A DNA stretch of 62,108 nucleotides, filler included, from Nemertoderma westbladi (lineage: Eukaryota; Animalia; Xenacoelomorpha): the NCBI GenBank assembly GCA_032718475.1. It is 3 parts of 3 records of this genome, joined end to end, with 100 filler letters (N's around TTAATTAATTAA, not from the genome) between each part and the next. Parts side by side here need not be neighbours in the genome. Positions count along the whole stretch, not along the records: positions 1 to 23,122 come from JAUCBJ010003986.1; 2 more parts are not named here. One strand, written 5' to 3'. The notes under the pieces are model-generated. The model made no database searches and was not told where the DNA came from. It saw only the letters and a program-made list of their open reading frames with translations. Both the position numbers and the translations under genes were made by a program. Below, in pieces: positions 1 through 11,865 of this stretch. Position 1 is the stretch's first letter; each line of letters starts with the position of its first letter.

Positions 1-214
1 TAGCTGTATTTATTTTATTGTGATAACTATATTTATCTGATGACTGTCATTTAATCAATTATTATGGTTTTATATTTTTTGCACTAATGTTCTATTTAAA
101 TTATACTGTAGTTTCCTAGCAACCTAGCTAGCCTGTATTATAGATATGTTTAGTTTTTAATATTCTCTATCATTCACCAAGCCTTGTAGACATTAATTCC
201 TTTATTATTCGTTA

Positions 215-2660
215 GTGCTTCATTTATGGAGTTGATTCCCCATGGAGCCATTGTTCCTAATGTACATTGCCAAAATCCCTCCCTCTGTCTAAGACGTTCT
301 TCCAGGTTTGGTCCCTTCGATACCTGTTCTATTGGGGTTATTCAAACATCATTCCACGTGTGTCCATTCTGCCCAAAATGTGCGTCCACGCAACAGCTTG
401 GTTTCTTCCCATTAGTTGTTTGTGATTTATAGTTCCTTATTCTCTGTTTAACCCTATTACCACTGGGGTGTTTTGACCATTAGCACCACTGGGGGGGGGG
501 GGGGGCGGGCGATTCGGCCCACCCACTATATTTTTGTAGTCGTCCAATGAAATCCTACAAAATTTGGGCTGTTGGTGAAACAACTATAGATGAACACTAC
601 CAAACCTTAAAAAGTTAAAATTTCATAAGCAGGGACTCATAATTTTGATGAAAAATAAAAGTAGTCCCAGGACAAAATTACAAAATTTTTCGTTTTCTAA
701 AAACTAATAGTGTGGCAGTGTTGGCTAGATTTAGTAGGTTTTTCAAGACGCTGAATCGAATGTGATTATATTCCACTTCCAAAAATTGAAGTGGATGCTA
801 TTTTTCGTGCACCTAAGAAGTGGGCGTGGCACTTCAAATTTTGAAAAATTAGATATTCAGAAAATGCCCCTAATTTTTTTATTTCAACGCATCTTTATGG
901 GTTTTCTGGGCCGCTGAATCGATTGAAAGTAATATAGAAGCCTGAAGACTGAGTGGTTCGCCATTTTTGGTGCACCAAAATTAGGGCGTGGCACTTCAAA
1001 TTTTGAAAAATACGAGATTCGGAAAATAAACCAAAATTGAAATTTTAACGAATTTATATAGGTTTTCCAGACCGCTGAATCGATTGAAAGTAATATAGAA
1101 GCCTGAAGACTTAGAAGTTAGCCATTTTTTGAAATCAAAACTTTAGTGTTTTTTCCGAATAAAGTAATTTTGAAAATTTGAAGTGCCACGCCCTAATTTT
1201 GGTGCACCGAAAATTACGTACACAAAGGATTTGAGGCTTCTATATTACTTTCAATCGATTCAGCGCTCCAGAAAACCTATAAAATTAATTTGAAATCAAA
1301 ACTTTAGTGAATTTTCCGAATCTCGTATTTTTCAAAATTTGAAGTGCCACGCCCTAATTTTGGTGCACCAAAAATGGCGAACCACTAAGTCTTCAGGCTT
1401 CTATATTACTTTCAATCGATTCAGCGCTCCAGAAAACCTATAAAAATGCTTTGCAAATCAAAACTTTAGTGTATTTTCAGAATCTCGTATTTTTCAAAAT
1501 TTAAAGTGCCACGCCCTAATTTTGGTGCTCCAAAAATGACGTACCACTACACTTACATACTTGTATAGAGCATTAGAGTGATCCAAACCAATAAAAATAA
1601 ATAAAAATAGCCCAAACATAAATAATTACTAAATCACGAATGACTTTGTAAAATTCGAAAATTTCAAAAAATTTGGTGCTGGAGACCAAATTTTGAGGTG
1701 GCACCCACATCGAAAAGTAGAAATCCAATTGCAACGGCGTTTTTTGCAAAAGATGCGGCATTAAATTTGGTTAATTCTCACAAAAAATTGGGCCGGTACG
1801 TAATGTGGTTGCATAGTTACAGCAACTAAAAACTAGGAAGGGGCCGATTCGGCCCCCCCCCCCCCCCCCAGTGGTAATAGGGTTAAAGTCCTTAGCCGAT
1901 CCACAAGCTTGCTTCTTACATACTTTACAGTTCACCAAATACACGACGTTCTTGCTTTCACATGTCAGTTCACCTCTTATCCTATGATTCCTATTTAATT
2001 CCCTAGTACTTGAACTAAACGTCTTCATCATCTCTATGCTCTCACATGGTTTACATGTTGTCCGTTTACAGTGAATTACCCCCGTTGATGCAATAGAAGA
2101 GGCTAAAGTTACATTTCTTTACTTCCATCCACAAACCGTGATGGTGCCAAGATATTTTTTAGTGTCTCACCTCGCCTTACTACAATATTTATGTTCACAC
2201 GATCCATAAAATCTTTAGTTTCCCTATCTTCCTGTAATATATTCATATGCTTCTTTATTATTTTATTAATGTCGGGTTTCGCAGGCTCATTGTTAGTCAC
2301 AAGGAAAATCTGTTGTTTTTCCGAGTGCTTCTTCCTTTCCTTGACTTTAAGGACTCATTTTGTGTCTTTTTTACAACTGTTGCAAATTGTTGACATACCA
2401 TATCTACGTCCCAACCCCGTGAAACAAATGCCCCTCCAAAACTATGTAAATGCCTTTCTAGGTCCTCCTGATGGCTACAGTTCCTTCTCAACCTCAATGC
2501 AACGCTGTATGGTATGTACTTTGTCTGGCTCCTTGGGTGACATGACTTTGCATGCAAATATTGATGTACATCCATGTCCTTAAAATATGTATCCTTTTGA
2601 ATTTTACCAGTTTCATCTATAAAAATCCTAAGATCTAGGAAATTTATTTCCCTTTTATTG
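215..2660 (-). mobile_element. Decayed Penelope-like retroelement (RT C-terminus plus GIY-YIG endonuclease), split by a MITE at 452-1882
   Basis: Minus-strand fragments: HQYLHAKSCHPRSQTKYIPYSVALRLRRNCS (PLE RT thumb region) and CESKNVVYLVNCKVC (GIY-YIG N-terminus). Removing 452-1882 and one TTAA joins GSAKDF to KQRIRNYKS...HF...REGFWQCTLGTMAPWGIN, the GIY-YIG C-terminus. Stops and frameshifts present; boundaries approximate. Confidence 0.85.
452..1882. mobile_element. Non-autonomous piggyBac-type DNA transposon (MITE)
   Basis: TIR CCCTATTACCACTGGGG / CCCCAGTGGTAATAGGG, flanked by TTAA at 448-451 and 1883-1886. Internal subrepeats (gggcgtggcacttcaaattttgaaaaa, gctgaatcgattgaaagtaatatagaagcc) occur in direct and inverted orientation. 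No transposase ORF. Confidence 0.9.
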
Positions 2661-3092
2661 ATCGTACCGGTACTAACAGAACGCTTATTATATACTTATA
2701 TAATTTAGGCTATGCATATATACCGGTATTCCGGAGTGATATCAGTTTTTGCTGTAATACTGTTATAAATATATAATATATTGTATACCGGTATTTTATA
2801 CATTGTTATCTGTCAGCATTACCTGGGTAGCAATACATTTTAACTGTAAGACTGACCAGTGATAGATTTTAACTGTAAGACTGACCAGTGATAGATTAGT
2901 TAAGTCAACTTGACTGTTGTATAGTAATAGGTATTCAGTAAAGAAACATTTTATAATGTATGAGTCAAAATACACCCTCCTGTCGGATAGCATATTAGAA
3001 CAGACAGTCTGTGACCCCGGTAAAATTGTAAAAAGGACCCGCCTACTGTAAGAAAGGCAATCCCTACGGTAGTTGTATCGGAACCTAGGTTA

Positions 3093-6000
3093 GTGGAGCA
3101 CCATAGGTCTATTATAGGCACTAGGTCCCAGGTGAAAAGAGTTCAAGCTGCTACAGCAGAACAGCCATGTCAGAATGAACCGCTGGAGACCCCTAAGCAA
3201 TCCAGTGGTAATAGCTCTAGTACAGAGGAACTGACACCTACCGCGGCTGATCAGAGAATAGCAGAAGTAGCTGGCGCCAACTCACTCTTCTTTCTCCCTG
3301 GAGGGATGCTCAACCAAATCCTTCCAGCTTTGGAAGAGCATTTAGCAGACTGGGTAAAGAATAGAAGGCCGACTAAAGAGAGTTACGCCGGATATTCGCA
3401 GGAAGAATTGGAATCCTTAGTCGAATCGCAGTGGAACTTTCCCAGACCCGGAGTTCCCTTTAACTTCTCAGAAGTTCCCTGGGAGGATTTACAACAGCTA
3501 GGAGTAAATCGGGAGACCCGAGACCCCATGGTTTGGAAGAGGTCAGCATCCGGTTACATACAGGGATTCTTTAACTCCCTGGGACGACTAGAAACTCAAC
3601 TGTTCCAAGGACAGCTGGAACCTCAAGGGCAAGGACTACTCTTGTTCCAAGTGCGAGAGCGGATCTTAAGGATCAGGCTAATTTTGTCAGCATTCGAAGT
3701 AGCCTCCAAAATAAGACAAGATACATCTCTGCAGGTAGTGGTGCAAGTATGGTTTCAACAAATCAATGATAAAGTCCAGGGAATTGCCATGTGGAAGAAC
3801 CAGTTAGCCGATCAACTCGTATATGGGGAATCCACTGACACGGTTCTATCCTATGGAGAAGGGGAAGTAGAGCTCGAAGTGCAGCCTAAGAAAGATGGTA
3901 TCGACATTTATTTGTCGGATTATCAGCGATTCATCGGAGATCGGGAGTTGAGAAAACGTCAAGTAGGACTGCACCCTAGCAGCGAAGCAGCCGGTAACAT
4001 ACTGGACGCAATAGGTGCAGAGATGCAGGCTGCCGAACAGGAAAACTGAATCAGTAAAGGTAGACGAAGAAACAAAAAGGGCAACTTCTAAGGCTGCATC
4101 TGAAGCGTTGGCTCAACTGGAATTAGAAGCTATCCAAACGAGACAAGAACTGATATGGAAGCAAAGAGAAACGGCTCAAGCCCAAATCAGAAGTCGTTTA
4201 ACTTCCAAGAGACACGGATGTGCAACCTCCTCCGATGAAGGGACTAGGACTGGATCAGAGTGTCAGAGTTACAAATCCATTTCAAACGGGCGTAGACGAG
4301 CTCCCATAGGACACAAATTACTATTACCATGAAGCAAATTACCATGATTCTAGATTCCCTTTAGAAATTACAAATCCCCCCTTAACCAGCAGTCAAATCC
4401 CTGAAACCAAAATTTGCGTCAAATTTCGCGACCAAACTTTTGGTCATGGATTGTCCCCGGTTGTCCCACACACCATCTGGCCACTCCATTGGCGGCTCCC
4501 ACGCGAGCAGTAGAGAGGATGGAAAAGGGGCGACTGGATATGGACAACAAGATCAAAATATCTCGGTTCATGGACCAGTTAAGGAATTTGACTTGTACTG
4601 TAAACACCTTAAAGGAGACGGTAAGAGACAGTAAACTTGAGTTGCAGGAGGTACAGCAACAAATCGCTCTTGAAAGCGATAAATTAGTCAACATAAAAAA
4701 GGGTATACCACCACCCCCTGCAACTGTATTGCAACCACTTAGGTCTGAAGCACATGCGATAGGTGTAGAGCCTATACGCATCTATACTGCCAGTGAAGTG
4801 GAAACTCCTACAGCAAATCATACCAATAATATTAATAGACCAACTTGTAATGATATCCCATATGTGCCTGATAGTAATCCGAAAAATATCTATTCGGATA
4901 ACTCGATATTAAATAATACGATGGCTCAGGAGAGCTTTATGCGTCAGATGGCGAGAACTGAGGCCCGACAAGCCGTGAAAGTTGGCGAAGTCGTCTAATT
5001 TAATGGAGATGAGATGAAATGGTTGCCTTTTAATGAATATTATAAAGACAATATACAAAACTCTGTCCTATCAAACGGAGAGAAGTTAAGATTCCTCATT
5101 GAGTATTTGGAAGGCCCTCCCAAATTGATGGCGTTAAAGTTCATTGGACATCCTGACGGATTAAGACAAGTATGGGATACCCTAACTATCAGGTATGGTA
5201 ATAGGACTAACATAGCTAGATATTTGTATGCAAAGTTAGTGGCGCCCAGAAAATTCCCTAGCACAGGAATTATAGATTTTCCGATGAGGTTCAGGAGATC
5301 TGTAGACAGTTGGAATGGTTAGGTAAGTCTCATGAGTACCAAAGTTCTATGGTGGTAGGAGCTGTAGCGGTGTCTTTACCTAAGGGTTGAGTAGGTACTC
5401 GTTGGGATAAAAAGGTACTATACTTGGAAGATCAATTTAAGATAGACCCTACTATGACTGACCTTATGTCTTTCCTGACTGGAGAGGTAAGATTACATCT
5501 GATTAAGCTAGGAGAAAGGTAACGCCTGTATGTTACGCCGAGTATGAGAGTCAAACGTCTTACGATGAGGACAGTGGACCAAACACTGCCGACGTCTACT
5601 ACACAGATAAGAGCAAAGACATAGAAAAACCCAAATATCAGCAGAAGGACGGAAAGAGAGAACAGCATAAGACTCCTCCGACGTCACCAAAAAGGACTCA
5701 TGGTAAGAAACCCGAAGAAAGAACTCGAGTGCAGAACACCGTACAACCTAAGGTAACTAATCTTAAACCTACATGTGTGTCATGTCAAGGATACCATCAC
5801 CTCAGTAAGTGTGAGGAATTCCTAAAGAAGGACCTCAGAGATAGACATAGTGTAACTTGGGATAAGAGGTTATGTTACAACTGTCTGAGGAGGGGACATA
5901 AGAGAAAGAATTGCTATTCAGACGCTAGGTGCACTAAGTGCGGAGCCAAACATCACTCATTGTTACATACCGAGTTAGACAAGGTGAGTGAGCCTGAGTT

Positions 6001-9000
6001 ACATGTCCAATTTGGAGATGCAATTGATACAGACCAGAATTCGGAGATGGAAGGATTCTACACCGATGAATTTTCCAATGAAAACAAATACTGTTATCTT
6101 ATAAACACAACGGTGTACCGTGCCCTTACCCATGAGGCGACTACCGACGGAGAGGAAGCCCAACTATCCCTTCCCAATAAACAGTTCTCAGGTAAGGTCT
6201 CACAACCATAAAGAGGCATACAAGAATTCACTGTGGTGCAGCTCAGGATACATGGACAAAGTAAGAGTTTAATTAGTAACGCTCTCCTTGATTCAGGTAG
6301 TACAGGCACCTTTATAGATAAGGACTTGGCCGAGGACATATTTGCAGGACAGGAGAAATTACGAACTAAATTGAATCTCTCAGCAATCATGCAGGTATGG
6401 AAATCAACCATTTCTATGGACTACTACATGGGATCACTATCAACTCCCAAGGATGAATCTGGTAAGAACCGCATAAGGTCCATTAAGATGGTAGCGATTA
6501 AGAACTTTGCCGCTAGTCAAGTCGAACCTTATGACTGGGACGAAGATTCCTTCACCCAGAGGCACCAAGTTCCCAGATTCAAACCCAATTATCCGGCAGT
6601 TCAGATGCTCATCGGCCAAAATGCGCACGAAGCACTCGAGACCCTCAAAAAACGACCCGCACGACCACGACCTTTACAAATGTCACAGGACATTACATCA
6701 CAGGACCCTCTGGACAGACCCTCTGAGAAAGGGGAGAGGACGACCATGTCCCTCAAGAGTGCAACGGCATAGAGGCCATGATGGAAGAAACTCTAACAGC
6801 CGAGGAAACTCCATGCTCCTCGGATAACGACGATATACAAACAATATACGATGAGGAGAATGTTATCGAATCCCTCACTGAAACTCAGACTTGGTTCCAT
6901 CAAATCGAACTCTGTAACTTAACACAGCCTAATAACGAGCTGTTGGCTTACGAGGATGATGAGCTCAACGAGGTAGTGGAGCAATACAATGCTAAATTGA
7001 GAGATGAACTCGCCATTCTATTCTTCACTCAAGAAGCTGTGGAACCCAACTCATATGATAGAGCCCTATCAGTAGAGGAGGAAAGAGCTAAACAGATACA
7101 AGCGACGACTACTCGTTACTTAAAGGAGGAGGGTCATTACGAGATTGGCTTACCTTTCCAGAAGAGAGAACCCAGCTTCGTAAACAATCCACCGTTAGCC
7201 ATCAAGAGAATCGAACAACTACATCGACGCTTGTTAAGGAATGACAAGGCTAAAGAGATGTATAAGACCCAGTTGAAAAAGTTCATCGACAAGGGATACG
7301 CAGAGCGAGTTCCCGCCGACACACCTCTGACAGAGAAAACATACTATCTAACACACCACATCCCCAAAGCGGTCATCGATATTATTAAACGTGACATCTA
7401 TATCGATGACCACCTCAAGTCGCTACCTACGGTGGGAGAAGCTGTAGAGGTGGCCAAGGGAACGGTAGAGTGTCTTCAATGCAGTGGATTTCGGTTAACT
7501 AAATTCACCAGCAACTCCCATGAGTTTCTGGAGGCGATCCCAGAGAAAGAACGAGGTGCGAAAGATCTCGACCTCATTAAAGACGACCTCCCAGAGACCA
7601 AAACCCTCGATCTAAAGTGGGATACGGAGAGAGATATTTCGTTCTTCCAATTAATACAATGAGTGGACCCTGTTCGGACTAAATGGATATGCTTGAGCAT
7701 TCTTAGCACGAATTTAGATCCGTTGGGATTCATTAGTCCAGTTGCTCGGAGTCTAGTCCAGCAAATGTGGCTCGAAAACCATTCTTCGGATAACCCGCTA
7801 TAGGGTGAACTATTGAAGAAATAGATGAAGTGGGAAAACTAAGGTCTCCTTAGCCGCCTCAAAGGCTCTAATCAACAACAAGCTGTGGGTCCCAGAGCGG
7901 AATTAAAAGCGGCATTGTACGCTACCGCCATTGGTAGGAATATCACCGAACAGATAGACTACCCGTTGGAGAAAACTGGTTATTGGATGGATGCATTACT
8001 CGTTCTAGAATATTTGACTAACGAAGTCTACCAGTTCAGCGTCTTTGTAACTAACCGCGTAGACATTATACTCAGTCGTACAAAGTTGGACCAATGGAGA
8101 CATTGCCCTGGGACTATTAATCCATCTGACATCGCCTCCAGAGGAGCGACACCCAAGGAACTAACTGAGAAACCAGATTGGCTAGGCGGCCCCGACTCCC
8201 TGAGTAAAGAAGAAGAGGAATGCCCCCCCCCCCCATCTCCCCACTGCCGAGATCAGACAAGCCAAAGGAGCAGAAACTGTTAAGCCAAAGACGCGTACGA
8301 GTAAATCCAAGCTGTTTAAACCAACGCTCACTCTATCGATTCTCCATGCTGCTGATAATGACAATGGTGCCACACCACCAACCCCGAATGGGACTGTAGC
8401 CTATATTCAAAACCACGATTGGAAGACTGGGATACCAGACGTCTCTAGAGGACTCTCACCAAGGGCTATCAAAAATTAATTGGGCAAAAAATTAATTGCA
8501 ATTAATTGACCCAATTAATTGATTGGTGATTTCAAAATAATTGGAAAATTGATTGGGATGGACGCAATTAATTGGATAATTGATTGAGACAGACGCAATC
8601 AATTGGATAATTGATTGCACTAGAAGCAATTATCCAATTAATTCCGTCCATCGCCCAACCCAATCAATAATCCTATTATTATCTATCAATTCTACAGTAG
8701 AAAGTGGGTCAGCGCCCAGCCTTGCAGCATCAGTAATACTTTACTGTTTTACTGTAGACATTGCTTACTATACAGTGCACAAACCGTACACAAACACAAT
8801 GTAAAATAAACTATCCGTATCAGTCTTATTTACAGCATTAGGCCTACCTACTGACTGCATACCACAGCATCAGTCGTTAATTTTAGTTATCTTGATAATG
8901 GTACTGGTACTGCGGCAGTTTGAGCGAGATACTTGACAGAAAGACACTAGGTAGTAAGAACTACCGGCTGACCGGTAGTTAGTAATGTCCAATTGTGATT

Positions 9001-9885
9001 TTAAATCTTCGGGTCAGTATAATAATTGTTCAGCATGATTAATATATTATTGATATTGAATAGTCAGTCATAATAAAGAAATTATGTACATATTATATCT
9101 TAAACTTTTTTAAAATAATTGGCAGTTAATTGCAATTAATTGAATAATTGATTTTGTAAATTCACAATTACAATTAATTGATCGTCTCAAGACTTTAATT
9201 GCAATTAATTGATTGATATAATTTCCAATTGCAATTAATTGATTGATAGCATGCAATTAAATTGCAATCAATTTTTGATAACCCTTGACTCTCGCCCCTG
9301 GTAAAGAGAGTGATGGCCCATTACAGTTCTTGGAATACACTGTGTAAAGCGATTACGTATTTGAAACGGCTTTTCCATCATCATTATTCCAAGACTAAAG
9401 AAATTCACAACGCCATCCCAAGAGAAGTTGAAAAGGTTAATGCTATCAAAGACCTTCCCACTTATCGGCTGTCCACTAAGATTTTAATAGACAAGATCAC
9501 TCATCAGGAGCATGACAATACCAACAAGAAACTACCGAGGCTTCTACAGTGCCATGAGGATCCGGAGAAGTATTTCCTGTTGATAAAAAATCCACAGATG
9601 CGCTTAAAGGATTCTTTGTCCAGTATGATGTTTGATGGATTCATACGTGTTGGAGGGAGATTAACTAATGCACCACTTTCCTTTGACACTAAGTACCCCA
9701 TCATCATTAGAAATCTTGAAATACAAATCAAGATGATTGTAGATGTCCATAGTAATCTTTATCATGCTGGTAGGGAACAAGTTCTTAGCGAAGTTAGATG
9801 CGCTATTATTTTTATAAGCCGCGTAAGGCACTAAACCAAGTTCTTAGGAACTGTATACCCTGTTGGAAAGCATTTAGTAGGCCTT
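3093..9885 (+). mobile_element. Degenerate BEL/Pao LTR retrotransposon gag-pol region
   Basis: In order: Gag DUF1759-like FNGDEMKWLPF...EKLRFL...WDTLTIRYG (~5000-5200); BEL triple Zn knuckle CVSCQGYHHLSKC/CYNCLRRGHKRKNC/CTKCGAKHHSLLH (5773-5970); aspartic protease ALLDSGSTGTFI (~6281); RT YEIGLPF, YYLTHH, IYIDD, GFRLTKF; Pao RNase H region PRAELKAA, FVTNRV, WRHCPGTINPSDIASRG; integrase Zn finger start RVGGRL...H...HAG...C..C (9640-9865). Many stops and frameshifts; integrase core missing; no LTR pair found. Confidence 0.93.
8460..9287. mobile_element. hAT-like MITE inserted in BEL pol
   Basis: TIR CAAGGGCTATCAAAAATT / AATTTTTGATAACCCTTG; 8-bp TSD ACTCTCAC / ACTCTCGC (one mismatch); many subterminal caattaattg motifs; BEL coding sequence resumes on the far side. 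Confidence 0.88.
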
Positions 9886-11075
9886 TAAGGGGGGGGGGGG
9901 GGGGGGGGGGGGGGGTAGCGCATTTTCTGATCAAAAAGTCGAATTTTTGAAACATATCCTATCTGATCCAGAATTTAATGCTGAATCCAAATATGGAAAC
10001 CGTTTTCCCATATCTTGCTTAGTTTTCGAGATATCTGGGATAGAAGATACTGGCTCCGATATATCGCGATGTCGGTAAAGGCGATGAAGTTTGGGGTTTG
10101 CATTCAATTTCTGTAAATTTCTGTGCTCAGTGGTGCTAATTGGATGTCTCCACGAGAAAGAGCATAAAATTTTAATTGAGAAGGTATTTTTGTATGATTA
10201 TTGGACCTACTGATCAGTTTATAAGACAACTTCAAGTCTCCGGAATGAAGCGAATGAAGGAATAAGCGACTCTGCGGTCTTTGCGGGATTATACGGAATA
10301 GACTTATCGGTCATCGGAGATCTTCAAAATGTATAATCTCCAGTTCTAGTGGTCGTACGAAGTTCGTTTTAGGCTCATTCGAAAGCTCTTTTCTTAGAGA
10401 ACAAAGTTATCATTTGATTTAAGACAAAATGTTTGTAAAGCAACATAACATGAATTTGGGTAAAATATGCCTTGGAAATTTTGTTCAAGTTATGATTGTT
10501 CAGGCAGCTTTCAAGACTTTGCCAAACCAAATGGTAACTTTGGTCTCTGAGAAAAGAGCTTTCGAATGAGCCCAAAACGAACTTCGTACGACCACTAGAA
10601 GTGGAGATTATACATTTTGAAGATCTCCGATGACCGATAAGTCTATTCCGTGTAATCCAGCAAAGACCGCAGAGTCGCTTATTCGAGTCCCGTCTTCATT
10701 CTGGAGACTTGAAGTTTGTCTTATAAACTGATCAGTAGGTCCAATAATCATACAAAAATACCTTCTCAATTAAAATTTTATGCTCTTTCTCGTGGAGACA
10801 TCCAATTAGCACCACTGAGCACAGAAATTTGCAGAAATTGAATGCAAACCCCAAACTTCATCGCCTTTACCGACATCGCGATATATCGGAGCCAGTATAT
10901 TCTATCCCAGATATCTCGAAAACTAAGCAAGATATGGGAAAACGGTTTCCATATTTGGATTCAGCATGAAATTCTGCATCAGTGGCACCCACCGATATAC
11001 TTAAAAGACAAAATTTCTAGAATCAGTGGTTAACGTCCCCAGATATGTTCTGGAATAAATTGGTGCCCATCTTAA
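9886..11075. mobile_element. Foldback-type non-autonomous DNA transposon with long inverted arms (possibly Kolobok-like)
   Basis: ~9970-10397 is the near-perfect reverse complement of ~10548-10978 around a ~150-bp spacer. Left end TTAA followed by a G-run; it truncates the BEL integrase. Right boundary uncertain. Confidence 0.75.
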
Positions 11076-11865
11076 TGTAAATTAATAAAATTCACGGGAA
11101 TAAATCCAAATTCATAATTTATTATGAATTAAATAAAATTGTCAATTTTAGACATTATTATAATATTCCTTAAAATTAATCAATTAATAGATCATGGGAG
11201 CAGAGATTCACCCCTAATAATCAATGTGAGAGAATCCCCTGTATGCATTGAATAGATGGCAAAATTAACAAACACCACATATAAGGGAGTCATAATAACC
11301 TTAGAGCCACTATTAAATAGCATCCCAGATCTGTATGCATGATGAATACTCTAATTTCTATTGCTAGCTTTGCATAATGTCACCTTAGCAACGCCAGCGC
11401 TAGAATTAGAATATAGTTAGAGAACAATAGAAAGCTTGCCACATTAAATAGAATGCATAGTGTATAGTATCTAAGAATACACAACAACAACAGTGACATT
11501 CTGGAAGGCATTTGACTAACGGACAAATGGCCCCAAATTGTACGAATTGTGGTATGAATGTGGAATTTGTGCATTTATAGGTGAATGTTACTACTAAAGT
11601 GTGTTTACAGTATTGAACCGCAATTGTGAAAGTACTCCCTTACCTGCGACCAGTATCTCAAGCATCTTGGAGCCCTTGGGACGGACAGTAGAGTGACTCG
11701 CGCTGATTATCATTGTCGTTTTGTAGCTACTCCGTTGGCGTAAACATAATGACAGCGGTACATCAGTGCTGAGGATCTCAGGCTGTCCGGGGGCCAGTCG
11801 GGGGAAACCTCTGAGGAAGCGATGCTCGCTAGCCTTACCTATAAACTCTATAAACTCCCCTATAA

